From the NCBI RefSeq assembly GCF_009914755.1, contig NC_060931.1: a DNA stretch of 64,000 nt; one strand, 5' to 3'. The DNA comes from the human T2T-CHM13v2.0 reference genome, Homo sapiens. Under the pieces are notes generated by a model. The model did not search any database. It worked only from the letters and a program-made list of their open reading frames with translations, and was not told the DNA's origin. Below are positions 1 to 16,894 of the stretch, in pieces (position 1 is the stretch's first letter; each line of letters starts with the position of its first letter). The position numbers and the translations under genes are program-made.

Positions 1-692
<692 letters not shown>

Positions 693-864
693 GCTGAAAA
701 TAAAACAAAAAAGCCAAAGATAAACATTGTTAGTATTTGGTCTATTTATCTCCAGACTTCATGTTATGTATTTTTAAACTTAACTTATGGACAAAACTCC
801 TTCCCTTGATTTTTTAAACTTCCTCTCTCTGGCCTGGTCGCAGCCACTAGATACCCATATATTA

Positions 865-1287
<423 letters not shown>

Positions 1288-1294
1288 TTATCAG

Positions 1295-1450
1295 TTATAA
1301 TTCTCACAAAAGCTTGATGATGTGAGTTATTTTATCATTTGCATTTTACAGATGAGGAAACAGGTTTGGAGAAGATAAATACCTTGCCCAAAAATGTAGC
1401 ATGTCCAATCCTCTTTCCCCAGATAGAGGCTGGGATGAAGCTGGCCAAGG
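1295..1450 (-). mobile_element. MIR fragment
   Basis: cattttacagatgaggaaac...ccttgccca is the reverse complement of the MIR core. Confidence 0.6.
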
Positions 1451-2438
1451 GAGTGTCTTCTCCCTGAAGTTGCAAGTATTTCAGAATCAGGAGCCCTGCA
1501 GAGTCCTGAGTTAAAGAGTGAGCCAAAAGTGATGTTTCAGAGAAGGGCAAGGGCTAAGAAGCTGATCCCAAAGTCCACACAACAGACCCAGAGAATCTGT
1601 CAACTACGGAGATGAAAGCAGGGATGATGCATGGAAGGGAGGGAAGTTTCCAGGCTAACACCTGGGGTAGCGGTGTCACTCCTGTCTGTGTTTAGTATGC
1701 CCAGAGGGGCCAGGTGTGGGTGGGCAGTCCAGAGCTGAAACCAACCCATTTCCATGCACTGCTTAGTACAGAATGCCAAGTAAAGGCTTCCGTTATTTCT
1801 TTGAAACGGTGCTGCCAAGTAATTGTCATAGAACATTTATGGGTCTGTCCTTCCGCCCCTCCCTTCCTGCTTTCCCCTGGAATAGCAAGCAGAGCTGGTT
1901 GTAAAGGTCAGTACATTTTCCTGGGTGCTCTGGAGTAAATAAAGCCATTTCCTCCAGCCTACAGTGATGAGCTATTCCTGGTTGGGTAATCTTGACCTCT
2001 GACCTATGGATTTGTGCACCTAGGAAAGGATTTACTTTATTTAGTTAAGAGTTTGGAAGAAATGCTTTCTGTGTACTGCATAAGTATCCAATGTCTGTTT
2101 CTTATTATGTTTGCTTTACAGTTAACCATGGAAAGAATAAAATCAAATGGAAAAATGTAGCAACACGGCTGTCTACAAAACAGAAAAGAAATCTTAAAGG
2201 TATTTTAAGAGGTAAAGATGTTAGTTATTAATTTTTTGTTATATACAGCAGCCAGAAGGCAAAGAACCTTTTAGGATGTTTTCCTTGGTATGGCCAGACA
2301 GAGGAGCTATTTTGAATAAGTAGCAGCAGAGGGCACTCTTCCTACGGGTTAGTTTCTATCCTCACTTCTCCAGGGAAAACACTTGTTAAAATGCCTGTGT
2401 ATATATATATGTTAACAAGTTTATGGCCCTTTAAAAAA

Positions 2439-2938
2439 TAGATGACAGATTAGATAGATGGTAAATAGATAGATAGGCAGATAGATAGAAGATAGATGAT
2501 AGAGATAGAAGATAGATGATAGAGATAGATGATAGATATGATAGATGAGAGATGATAGATGACATAGATAATTGATAATAGATAATTAGATGATTGATAT
2601 ATAGATAGATATATAGATGACAGATAGTTGATATAGATAATTAATAGATGATAATTAGATGGTTTATAGATGGATAGATGTATAGATGATAGTTGATATA
2701 GACATAATTGATAGATGATAGATAATTAGATGGTTGATAGATGGATAGATATATAGATGATAGGTGATATAGATAGATAGATAATTGATAGGTAATAGAT
2801 GATTGATAGATGATAGATATATTGATGATAGTTGATATAGATAGGTAATCGATAGATGATAGATGATTGATAGATGGGTAGATACATAGATGATAGTTGA
2901 GATAGATAGATAGATAGATAACTGATAGATGATAGATT
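2439..2938. repeat. Degenerate (TAGA/GATA)n tract, ~500 bp
   Basis: Visible gata/tgata/taga units. Confidence 0.95.
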
Positions 2939-3402
2939 ACTTTTATGGCTCCTCCCATGTCCATTAAAACTGAAATCGTGTGTGATTATATTTCCTTGAA
3001 TCATTACCACTTTTTTCTTCCTAAGCATATTAACTTCCTATTTCACCATAGAAACGTTCAATATTTTGCTCAGAAACTCAGGGCTTTTGGGTACTGCCCT
3101 CCCATTGTCTAGTTTTTGTGCTTTCTTTTGGGGTCCTCTCTGGAGGTCACAACCATCTTTGGAGCATGCCCAGGAGAGAAGGAGGTGGATCTAGTTCCTC
3201 CTGGAATGGCTTTGGTGATGCCCTTTGCTGCGGACAGACTACATTCCGCTCCAACACCCCTTCCTCCTGTTTTTTTTTTCTTTGCCTCCCCTCCTCTCCC
3301 ACATCTCTATTCCTCCCAGCCTTTCTTCACTCCTCTGTATGCCCATCATTCTCCTCCACCTCCAAGGTCACAGGCATCACCATGTAAGCCTCCCATCCCA
3401 GA

Positions 3403-3903
3403 AAACCAGCCTCCAAGATAACCCCATGATCCCCACCTCCTTGTGTGTACGTCCTTGTGTAGGACCCTCCTGCATTCAGCGGGGCTGAGCTGTGTTAGCA
3501 CTGGGATATATGGCAATGACAAGGCGGCATGTGACTTCCAAAGTCAAGGTCACTTTGCTCTCTCGGATCACTAAGCCAGTTGTCATGTTGTGAGGAGGCT
3601 CAAGTTGTCCTGTGGTGGGTCCCTGTGACAAGGAACTGAGCTCTCCTGCTGACAGCCAGCAGTGCCTTCCCAACCATTAGAGTGAGTCACCCTAGAAGCA
3701 AATTCTCCAGCTCCAGTGCATCCTTTAGATAACTGCCACTCTGGTCACCATCTTGTCTACGATCTCATGAGAAACCTCAGCCAGAACCACCCAGCTAAGT
3801 TGCCTCTGAATTCCTGAGCCACAGAAACTAGGAGATAATAAATGTTTACTGTTTAAGACTCTAAATTTGGAGTAATTTGCTATTCGGCCATAGAAACTAA
3901 CAC
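3403..3903 (+). mobile_element. MLT1-family (MaLR) solo LTR
   Basis: ccagctaagttgcctctgaattcctgagccacagaaact...aataaatgttt...gtaatttgctattcggccatagaaactaacac is a typical MLT1 3' end. Confidence 0.75.
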
Positions 3904-4139
3904 TCATTTCATCGTACCTGACACTGCTATCTCCGTGGTTTCATGTCCTTGTGGTTAAAGCTCTCCAAGGGCTCATCGTTAATTTCAGGATAAAATCCAA
4001 ATCCCTTAACATAGCATAGGTCTTTTACAAACTGCCTCCTGTGTGCCTATGAGCCCCATCCCGCCCACTCTGCCTTTCCTCCCTGCATCACTCCAGCTAC
4101 TCTGAAACACACTGCACCTTCCTAAATGTGGAAAGGTAA

Positions 4140-4342
4140 AATTGCCAGACTTTTCATAGGATGCCCAGTGAAATTTGAATTTCAGATAAACAATGAATAA
4201 TGTGTGTGGTTATACAATATTTGGGACATACTTTTACTAAAAATATTGCATGACACATACTTATTCTTAAAAGTTGTTCATTATCTGAAATTCACATTTA
4301 ATAGGGCATCCTGTACTTTCCGTTGCTAAATCTGGCAACCCT
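4140..4342. mobile_element. MER53 palindromic hAT-type MITE
   Basis: Terminal inverted repeats ttgccaga...tctggcaacccta; internal arms ggatgcccagtgaaatttgaatttcagataa / ttatctgaaattcacatttaatagggcatcc. Confidence 0.85.
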
Positions 4343-5195
4343 ACAGATGTGAGCTGTTCACTTTCAGCTCCTGCTCAGCCCCCAGCTGGATCACTACAGC
4401 TCCCCCTGACTAGCTCCCTGGCCTGCAAGTCTCAGCCCAGACATCAGTGCCCCTAGAAAGCCTAGGCTAACTTCTCTGCACCATACACACCTAGGATGGG
4501 TCAGATGTGCCTGCTGCAGGCTCCCGCCCACCTGTCACACCTCTCTCACACCACACACTTTGTAAGTATTTGTTTACCTCTCTCCAGTACTAGACTGAGC
4601 TTCTTGAGGTCAGGCACTGTCTTACTCACCACGACGTGGCTTCAGTGCCAAAAACATAGTATAATCACAGTTTACAATTACTGAAGATTTACTCTAAGCT
4701 AGTTGCTGTTCTAAGATGTTCTGCATATATCAACTCATTGAATTTTCATATCAAGCCAAAGGAGGTACTATTAATATCCCACTTTTACTGGGGAGGAATC
4801 TGAGACAGAAATAGGTTTTGCGACTTCTCCAGTGTCATTTGAAAATGGCAGGGAAGTTGGGGTTCAAAGCCAGGAGTCTGACTCCACAGCCCACCCTCTA
4901 ACAAGCTAGACATATTGCCTCTTTACAGTGTATGATAAGTGCTTGCCAAATGCATGTAAGAACTGACTATCCAGCTAAGTTTCTCCAAACTAGATAACTG
5001 TCTTTAAGCAGGGACCTTGCTGCCTGTGCCCCTCCTATCTCTCTCTCCAGTCACCACTACCAACCACAATGCATGGTGCCTTCTTCACAAGCAAACACTG
5101 AAGAATTATACTGGTCTGTTCTCCCCTCTTCAAATCCTGACTACAGATTCAGGGTAGCGCCATATACCACACCTCCCTAAAAAAGAATGGTTATA

Positions 5196-5515
<320 letters not shown>

Positions 5516-6385
5516 TTAGAAATATAAGCCAAGGGAGCACTGTGGTTAATACTATGAGTTCTAGAGTAAAATTCCCTGGGCTTAGATCCCAACTCTACTG
5601 CTTATTAGCTGTATGGTTTTGGATGAGGCCCTGAAACTTAGATTCTTCATCTGAGAAACGGAGACGCAGCATCTGGAACATAGCACGTACTCAGTAAATG
5701 TCAGCTGTCAGCATTGTCATTGCCAATCCACTCAGCCCCACAGGCAGGTATGTGTGGGCCTGGCACCCCCATGAATTTCTGTGACTTCCTCAGCTCCCTT
5801 CCCCTGTGCAAAATTTTCGACAGGGGTTAGAGAGGGTGACCTGCCTCAGTATCCTTTGGAGTTTCAAGGCTGAACCTTAGAGACTGAAATTAAGAAAGTG
5901 AAATCAAGGGAGGAAGGCTGCCCCACAGCCCAGGGAGCAGATAGAAAGAAGCATAAGTAGCCCCACTGGCCCTCGCTTTCTCAACTCTACAGAGCTGGGT
6001 GGCTGGAACTGTGCCAGACTCCCAGGTCAGAAGGTGCTCTGCTTTTGGGGCTGCTACCCCAGGAAAAGCCTTCGTACCTATCAGGAAACAATGCACACTG
6101 ACACTCAGGGTCTGCAGCCATCTCAGTGGTACCTGGTTAAAGGAACACCCTTTACTTCATAAGTGGCCAGAAATACATGAGAACCTCTGTGTCTTGTCAG
6201 GGAGTGGGTGCCTAGCCTAACTTAATCCTAGGGGTACCTGTGATGACACTGAAGGCTAGCATTTTTTAACATGCTGGGTACTGCACTACGTGCTTTGCAC
6301 ATGTCATCTCACTTAATCCCTACAACAATACTGTACGTTTTTGGGTTTTTTGTTTGTTTTTTGGGACAGTGTCTCTGTAAGGTTT

Positions 6386-6743
<358 letters not shown>

Positions 6744-6911
6744 TAAGTAATTGACTCAAGTCATACATCTGGCAAGAGAGGAATTAGATTTTTAATTCTA
6801 TCCTATGATATGGAAGTAACTCTTCAGCTGCCCCGACCCTATGGCTCCAGGCTTCTGCTATGGGCCTAGTTCAGAGCTTCCAGGAAATGTAGATGATGCA
6901 GTACACTTACA

Positions 6912-7083
6912 GCACTGGTTCTCAACTCCATCTGCATGTGAGATCATCACCTGGGGAGATGATCCACCGGGTCCTCCCCAGACCACATGGATTCAATTTT
7001 CTGGAGGATGGGACCAAAGCTTTGGATGTTTTGTAAGATTTCTTTGGATGACTCTACTGGGTGGCCAGAGTTGAGACCCACTC
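6912..7083. mobile_element. MER5-like hAT DNA transposon remnant
   Basis: cactggttctcaac...gttgagacccact termini; catcacctggggag internal motif. Confidence 0.6.
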
Positions 7084-7554
7084 CCCTTAAAGCCATTCTC
7101 AATGAATATATGAAACTTTAAAAAGAAATTCCGAAGACCCTCATATCAAAGGTCTCTTTGGAATAATATCTGCTCCTCCCTCTCCAAGGGGCAATCTCTG
7201 AACAGGCAGTGGAGGTAAGGATACTTCATGGGGGATTTCCAAACCTTTTACTTGCTTATAATGCATACATTGTAGGATTGGCTCACTTTAATGCAGAGGT
7301 AAGTGCTTCTCTCAGGCCCTTAAGAAAAAACTGACCCTAAGTACCACTTCTGCTCTTGCAAGAATCCGAGAGTACACACCTCCTTCAGTTTTGCACCCTA
7401 GACACCACCCTGACTCACCCTAATCCTGACCCTGGGAGACGTTTTTCACATAGTACCACTCTGTAAAATGTAAGACAAATAGGAAAAAATTCAGTGGCTC
7501 ACACCAATATATAATAATCATCATCATCTACATTTGTATAGATATAACTTTAAC

Positions 7555-7930
7555 CTGTTAGAGATCTTTGGTTGCAAGCAACAGAAACAAACTGGCTAAG
7601 TTGAGGAAATAAAACTAATGAAAGCATATGGGTTGGATCACAGAATCCAATGAAATGCAGTAACCTCAGAAAAGATAAGAACCAAGGTGCCCATAAGAAT
7701 CAAGGATGCAACAGCTTAAAGATGTTGCCTTTCCCCACTTTGAGATCCTGCTTCCAAGATTCAAACCCATGGTAAGAGGTTCTACTTGGCTCCTGTGACT
7801 GCCCCTCAGCACTATGATTGACCGTTCCAACAACACTATATTCAAAAGGACAGCTCCCCAAAGCAAAACTGGGAGGTTTTAACAGAAGGAAGAAGAAACA
7901 AATGCTGGCCTGGCAAAACCAGTAGATGTT
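7555..7930 (-). mobile_element. Old MLT1-type LTR remnant
   Basis: ttggttgcaagcaacagaaac motif typical of the reverse complement of old MLT1 3' ends. Confidence 0.5.
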
Positions 7931-8523
7931 TATTCTTCTCCTGTGCCATTTACATTTATGTGTTTTGCATACATAAATAACATCATGTGAAGGAGCGGGG
8001 GCAGGACATCTGCATTCCAGGTAAAGTTATGTCTTGATTGCCACTTTCCTAATGTTAGTGATAAGTACTTTGTAAATTTAAAAAGCACTACACATATAGA
8101 GTTTATTATTATAACCCTCTTCTTGAAAAATGTGGGCTTGCAAATCAGAGAGATTAGACCTATTTAACCTGCCTGCCACTAGACAGGCAGAAGCATAACT
8201 AGCTTACTGGTCCAGTTTTTTCTTCTTTGTTTTTTCCCATGAAGATTCCTCTAATTTTGCTCAAGCACGTATATACAGTTCTGTATTTTGTCCAAAGTTT
8301 CTGAGGTGTTTTGTGAAGATGATTTTCTTTTTAAGATGCTGGTTCACTATGTTTCTGGAAAATGGAGTCCCCAGACTACATTCCATATCTCACTTTTAGA
8401 TATTTGCATTGCATAGCAGCACATTGGGGGGGTCCTGAAATCAATAAACCTGTAAAGTCATGTTTAAGTCAGTATTTCTTGAACTTCTTTTACCTTGAAA
8501 GCTTTTCTTTAAATAATATCTAT

Positions 8524-8876
<353 letters not shown>

Positions 8877-10666
8877 TAGTAATTCCTGGAATGTTCTTTA
8901 GGAAACACTGGTCTAATGATTTAAATGGTGATAATAAGTAACAGAGTCTGGCTACTAATAGAGGTCATTCTTGATAAATTTGGGGAAATGCCAAGGAAAA
9001 CTTTGCAAACAAATTGTCTTTGCATTCCTGAGGGTTGTGGGGGATTTTCTTTGTTTTTGTTTTGGGGTTTTGTTGTTTATGGTGGTGGTGGTCCAATGTG
9101 GATTGCAGAAACACTGTATACATTTGCACACCTCTTGGCCAGCACACCGAGCTAATGTTATCTCTCTTCGCACAATGAAGGAAATGAAGTACTTTCCATT
9201 CTTGCCCTTGTTTTCCAACCCCAAAGTTTCCATGGTTTTATTCTGGTTGCTGAGACCTTCCAAACCCAGTGTCATGCAGTAAATTTGGTGGAACAGTTGT
9301 ATAAAATCTGTTCTGCCATTTTTGAAGAAGGGAACTTATTATATTTATTTTTAGACCATAAAACATCTATTTTTCTGACAGCTCTGGAATAACCAACATT
9401 GAAATAGAACTTAGAACTACTCCTGATTGAGGAACAGAAGTTAAGCTAGCTCTCTAAAAGTTAAACAAGTTTAAATGAGCTGCCTAAACAGAACATAATC
9501 CTACATGATATTCAATTGAGTCACAGTGAATTAATATGGACATGTCATAATTCTTTCACTCTGGAGCACAGATACTCCATGTGCTTTTGGAACAAGATTT
9601 TTCTAAATTGTAGAGTTGAATAGTTAGGGATATTTATTATATGAATATTTCCAGAGACTGGGGAATAGGACATTGCTCTGGAACTTATAATAATGTGATG
9701 TTTGAGTCAAGATTTATGTACGAAACAAATAGGAAAAGCCAGATTTCACTAGGAAATTTTTTTATTGTTCAGCTAATTATAGTAAAAATTTATCTGAATA
9801 CTGAAGGGTGAACTGAGAGGGGATCGCTCTCAGTCCTGAAGTCTGCCTTTATGTTTTCTTCACTGCACCTAGGCTACAGATTTACTAGAAAAGCTTCTAG
9901 AAAAACATAATCCATCACAAAAAAATGGCCAATAAATAGCCAATTAATTAATCACTCAATGTATATTACACACCTATTCTGTGCAAGAGATTCAACGAAG
10001 CAATGGTCCCCTCCCTTGAACAGTTTCCAGTGTAAGCTGGCAAATCAAACGTGCACATGAAGAGCTGGAAACAGGACATCTCCTTTTTCACAGCTGTCAG
10101 GATGGCAGTCCCTGAGAAAGTCTCTCTGAACTTCCAGTTAAAATGCCTATGAAGATGCAGAAAAAGGTGGAAACTTGTAACACAAGGAAAACCAAAAATT
10201 TCCAGAATATGATTCTCCAGTCACAGAAAATAACAGTGAAGCTATATTTAGAAAAGTACTTATTTGTCTTCTTATACTTTACAGCATAAAACAGCAAAGC
10301 CAGTCCACCTGAAAGATGTTTCTCCTCTGCTCAAAGAACCAGAGAAACAGGGTCAGGAACCCCATGGGATCTAGGCAGCTGTCTCTCCTGGGTGCCTTTG
10401 GTATTGATGAGAGTGCCATTCACATTTCCCCCACTGCAGCACTGTCTGTAAATGCACTTAAGATTGCAATTCCAAAAGAACAAACAAACAGCAGAAAAAG
10501 TAGGGAAGACCAACACTGGCATGACATTCAAGCTGTGAGATGATCAGGAGGAATCAGGATTCGAGGCAGGAGTATTACGTATTTCATGGACTCCAATAGA
10601 GAACCAGGCAGTGAAGGTAGGGGATCTCTCCTCAGGACAGAAAAAATATACATAAAAAAATACATG

Positions 10667-10982
<316 letters not shown>

Positions 10983-11599
10983 CTAAATTCTGGGACTTAA
11001 GCAGAGAATGTTTAAAGATGGGTAGAAGGGAAAAAAATCAGGCCTATAAAGGTACTGTGAAATAAAGGAAAGGATATTGTGGCAAGGTGGACGAAGCCAA
11101 ATACCAAGTATCCTGTGGTGCGGGCAACGGAACAGGGGTTCTTGGGGGACACTTACATGGCCAGTTGGAAAGGGCATCAGTCTGCCCCTCCCCACACATT
11201 CCCTCATCATCCCATGCAGAGAGGCAATATTGCGGGCCACACGGCACACTTATGGCCCAAAGGAGGAACTCTGCCTCTCTGCTTCTTCATCTTCTTATAA
11301 TGCAAATACGAGAACAACCTTGAAGGTAAAGAATAAACTATTGGGGCATAAGCACCAAGCAGTTTGAACGCACAGGCACCCCTGCAGGGAATTATCTGCA
11401 AACTCAGGCATTCAGTGCCTGGCAACCTTGTGAGAAGTTAGATTCAGGCTGGTAGAAGAAGGGCCACCCAGTTCCAAGGGCAACTGAGTTAGCATCCCAG
11501 TGTTCCCACTATCAGTCAGCCTGAGCTCTTGGGGTCATTCAACAAACAGCCCTGCTTGCCTCTCTCCAACAATCCACCCAGTGACCCTGGAGACCCATG

Positions 11600-12520
11600 A
11601 AACATAAGCCTGCCCATTCGGGGCAGAAACATGAAATTTTCAGTGGAGATTTCAGCATTTGTTGACATCACCAAATGAGACAGTTTCATAAACAGGTAAA
11701 ACACCAGTAAAAGTTCTTTGTGAAGGCCTGTAGGGCCTCCCAGAGTGTTTGGTCATGGATCCCAGGTCAATCCAGGAGGGAAAAAATCCCAAGGATCAGC
11801 CTGAGGGGGTTTGCAACCATTTGACTGGCCCTGCAGTACTACAAATAAGGCCAGACTTTGGGCCAAATATATTAATCTAGAAGCAGTGGAAGGTGGTGAC
11901 CACTACATATACACACACTGGCTAAGCAGCAAATAATTCAGAGCTAGTGTTTAAGTAATAAAACTAAACTCTGGGGTCAAAGCTAGTCTCTTAAAATTAA
12001 GAGGCTTAACTGTCTTATTGGCAATATCTCCCTTGGGTGACTGGAAGATGTTGTATCAGGCCTTTGGGAGGAAAACTTGGGTAAAATGGCTAAAACCGTG
12101 TCCTTGTCTTCCTCAGAGAATTGTTGCCATTGGCACCAGAGGCTAAGACGTTGCTGCTGCTATCAGGGCTTGGGTCCCTGTCAAGGGTCATGTATAACTC
12201 CCAGGGAACAGGCAGTATTAGGTCCAAGGAAAAAGCAAGGAAGGGCCTGCTTGCCTTGCAGAAAAATCAGTCCTGGGGTCACATGGTGCCAATCTGAGTC
12301 TGGTTTAAGGTGACCTTCTGTATCAAGTTGCCAGTGGCATCATCTGGGCAGAAGATAGGAATATGGTTGTGTGGAACCAAGGGAAGTAGTTGCACCACTG
12401 CTAGATGACAGCTACTCCTGTACCATTGTCTGAGAGAGCAGAATATTAATAAAATCCCCTGCCTCCAGTTCAAGTTAAGGGTGACACTAAGTTTACACAA
12501 CAGGCCATTGCCTGAGTCCC
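11600..12520 (-). pseudogene. Degenerate gamma-type env of the ERV-L-like element
   Basis: PGLIFLQGKQALPC (SU end, ~12235-12280), GFSHFTQVFLP (fusion-peptide-like), DIANKTVKPL (~12000-12028), LALNYLLLSQ and VVTTFHCF*INIFG (ISD/CX6CC-like, ~11861-11950). Confidence 0.7.
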
Positions 12521-13370
12521 CCAAAGAAGGCTGTTCTTTATTCCCTACTTATATCTGGAATGGAATGGAAGAAAGGTAATCCATACCTTCAGCTCCACCC
12601 ACACCCAATACAACTCTGAGTTGATCCAAACCATCCCTCCTTTTCCCTCAGCAAAAGCTATGTGCAGACAGGAAGTCATCATTCTGCCACCAAAGGCCAC
12701 CAGGCTACCTTCACAGATCAAGGAGGGTCTACTACAGAGAAGAGGGAACCTGCTACATAGGCCTAATGCCACAACCACATCCCCATCCTAGAAGAACATG
12801 TAAGAAGCATTGAAAAGTCAACACACACAAAAATGCCAGTCACCTACTTTGTGGCAATTACCATGAAATGACTTCACAGGGCAGAAATCATCCAAATTTA
12901 TGTCCATGAAGTTCTTCCCAACCCAGGCTAACCTTGCCAGCCACCTACTGGAGTCAAGGTGGGGATGAAAAAAGAAGGAAAGTGGTTAGCTATAGAGACA
13001 CAAGGGCCCTAACACACTCAATGGATTCTTCCTATAAGCCACCAGATGTGAACAGCCACTTGCTCATGAATTTTGCTCAGGACTTGAGGGCCAGATTTGA
13101 CCTGCAATTGGATGTACCATTTCCATTTCATAGGAGTTTTCTTGGCATTTTCCCACCTCAAAGGTCTTTGGTTCAGAGAGAGTGAGGTGGGTTGTTAGGT
13201 TAGAGTGTCACATTTTTTCTTTAGTGAGACAATCTCTCCCTGTTAGAGCTCAGAAACAGGGTTGAAATATTCAGCAGTGGAAGGAAGTCTCAAAGTGCAA
13301 AAATTTAAAGATCAAAAAATACTAACAGAATCTCATTGCCAAAAATTTTCAATAATCTATGAGATCAGCA

Positions 13371-13768
13371 CTATGGTTTAAATATGTTCTCCAAAAAGCA
13401 TGTGTTGGAAACTTAACCCTTATGCAACATTTTTAGGAGTTGAAGCCTAATGAGGGCTTATTAGGCCATGAGGGCTCTGCCCTCATGGATGGATTAATGC
13501 TGTTATCATGGAAGTGGGTTTGTTATTGAAGGAGTAGGCTTGTTACAAAAGAAAGAGTTCAGTTCTCTTCTCTCTCTCGACCTCTTGACCTCTCGACCCC
13601 TCTTGCCCTCTCACCTTCCTCTATGTGATGAAGGCCCTCACTAGATGTCAGCCCCTCAATCTTGGAGTTTCCAACCTCCACAACTGTAAGCCAATACATT
13701 TCCTTTCTTTGTAAATTACCCAGTCTTAGGTATTCTGTTGCAGCAGGATGGAATGAACCAAGGCAATC
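13371..13768 (+). mobile_element. MST-family (MaLR) solo LTR inserted in the ERV-L pol
   Basis: ctatggtttaaatatg...tgtgttggaaacttaa...taaattacccagtcttaggtattctgttgcagca. Confidence 0.85.
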
Positions 13769-14762
13769 AGTCATGAATACATGTAACTTCTCAGGGTCTG
13801 AAGGGGATACGGGGCCTAAGGCCAGAGATTGTGTTAATGTACCCTAGACAGCTTCCAAAGCTTCTTACTAGAGGGTGGGGGTGGGGGACGTGTTTAAATC
13901 GGCCTGGTTGTCCAGTGAAGTATCACAAGTGCTTTGATAAAATGTATGTGTGTGATTCACTGTATCCAAAGAGGCAAACTAAGCGTTAGGGGTCTTTCTT
14001 TGTAGCTTATAGCTATAAGGTTAGCAATGTGTCTTTGGCAGTTGTAAAGTAGCTCTTTGGACTGCTGCCCAAGTACCCTTCAAGAAAGACATTTGGGAAG
14101 TGGGGCTGTTGACTCTCTTCTGATTCAAGGCCCAGCTGACTGTGAATAGCATTGTCTGGTCAGCATGAAGGACAGTAAAAGCCACTTTCTTAGTTGGAGC
14201 CATGATTAAGATGTCATAAATTTAATAAAATACTTGAATCTCAATGAGCTGTTCCCATTGTGCTAGGGATCAAGACCCTATTTCTAGTGAGTTCAAATAT
14301 CCCTGCAACAGAATAATAAAGAGGTACTACATGTCATGTTAAGCAAAAGCAAAGTGCTCTTGAACTACTTCTTAAAGAATCAGGAAGAAGAGGCAATAGC
14401 AGACCTAGAGTAACATACCAAGTGTAGATAGTAGCCTCAATCAGTTCAATAACTATTATACAACCACCTCTTTATTTAGTCCTTGTTATCCACAGTCAGG
14501 CATCAAGCCCAGTCCCTACCTCCAGCTTTTTTGACCAGCCAAACTGTACTGTTGAATCGGTAGATAATGGGCATTTAATCTTTGCCTACATTTAACCTCT
14601 CCTGGTATGTAATTCTACTTCAACAGAAAAATCTTTTCTAGCACAGTAAAACCAGGTAACTCCTAGGAGTGTAACTTTATAGCTTTTGCAGTAGCAAAAA
14701 AAAAATGTGGGTGTTCATTTGGCATCTGTGCCCCTTCATTGGGCTGATATTTTACAATGTCC

Positions 14763-15121
<359 letters not shown>

Positions 15122-15836
15122 TCAAATAGGCAAACATCCATACAAATTGTGACCCAGGGCTCTCAACTAAAAGTAATATTAGTCCTGAATCCTGACAGAG
15201 GGATTCATTTACCATGGAGTAAGCCTAAAAAGCTTTCTGAGGCAGTTGGGAAACAGGGTCTAGCCCTAGTCCTCCTTAAGTTTGAATAAGACAAAATCTG
15301 TCCAGAGGGATGCTTTGGAGCTTGAACTCAGCCCCAGAAGACAGCAACAAAGGCTGGTGCAGCATATCTCCAGGATGGTTAATTGTATGTGTTCATTTGA
15401 CTGGGCTAGGGATGCCCAGATAGCTGGTAGAACATTTATGGGTGTATCTGTGAGGGTGTTTCCACAAGAGACTGGCATTTTAATCTTTAGACTGAGTAAA
15501 GAAGATAAGATCTCCCTCACCAACGCAAGTGGGCATCATCCCATCCATTGAGGGCCTGAGTATGACAAAAAGTAACTTCGCTCTCTGCTCGAGCTGGGAT
15601 ATCCATCTTCTCCTGCTCCCAGATGTTGGTGCTCATGGTTCTCAGGCCTTCAGACTTGAACCAGGATTTATACTATTTTCTCACCTGACCCTTATCCCTT
15701 CAGGTTTTGACTCAAACTACAAATGACACCACTGGCTTTCTTGGGCCTCCAGTTTGTAGATGGCAGATTATGGGACTTCACAGCTTCCATTATCTCAGGA
15801 GCCAATCTTTCATAATAATCTCTCTCTCTCTCTCTC

Positions 15837-15977
15837 TGAATAATGATATTTTGCATCTTCAAAACTTACATTAAATGATCATAGAGTCTTTAAATTGGGA
15901 AAATTTAGTAAATCATCCAGAGACAAATGTTACTTTTCTCTAGATCTTTCTTCATAACATCAGTATCTGTTAATACT
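15837..15977 (+). repeat. 141-bp direct copy of 17476-17616
   Basis: Manual alignment: 13 substitutions, no indels (~91%). Confidence 0.95.
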
Positions 15978-16048
15978 ATATATATACTATATATATTATA
16001 TATACTATATATATATTATAAGGTAGATATATATATTATATATATATA

Positions 16049-16253
16049 CCTTTCTTGCTAAACTAACTTTCATTAATTGTTGATTTGGTTAGACTATCTT
16101 CAAATAATTTTTTTTCCAAAAAATCTACAGTAGAGATTTCTCTTATGAGTAGTTGAGCATCTATTCATTCAAAATATTTATTGAAGTCACCATATGGTGA
16201 CCTTATCTTTACTCCTTCGACCTGAGAATACTTAAAGGGTGCAATACTACTTT

Positions 16254-16255
<2 letters not shown>
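16049..16255 (-). repeat. ~205-bp inverted copy of 16865-17064
   Basis: Manual alignment: ~7 substitutions and 3 small indels; about 50 consecutive identical bases at one end. Confidence 0.95.
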
Positions 16256-16284
<29 letters not shown>

Positions 16285-16369
16285 ATAATATGTATAGCAT
16301 ATATATTATATACTATATATAGTATACTATAGTGTATATATACTGTATATATAGTATATAGTGTATATG

Positions 16370-16405
<36 letters not shown>

Positions 16406-16432
16406 TTCTGTTTCTCTGAAAAACCTTAACTA

Positions 16433-16894
<462 letters not shown>

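Noticed and set aside
2641-3028. Ile/Tyr/Leu/Ser-rich ORFs
   Set aside because: Read-through of the (TATC)n repeat.
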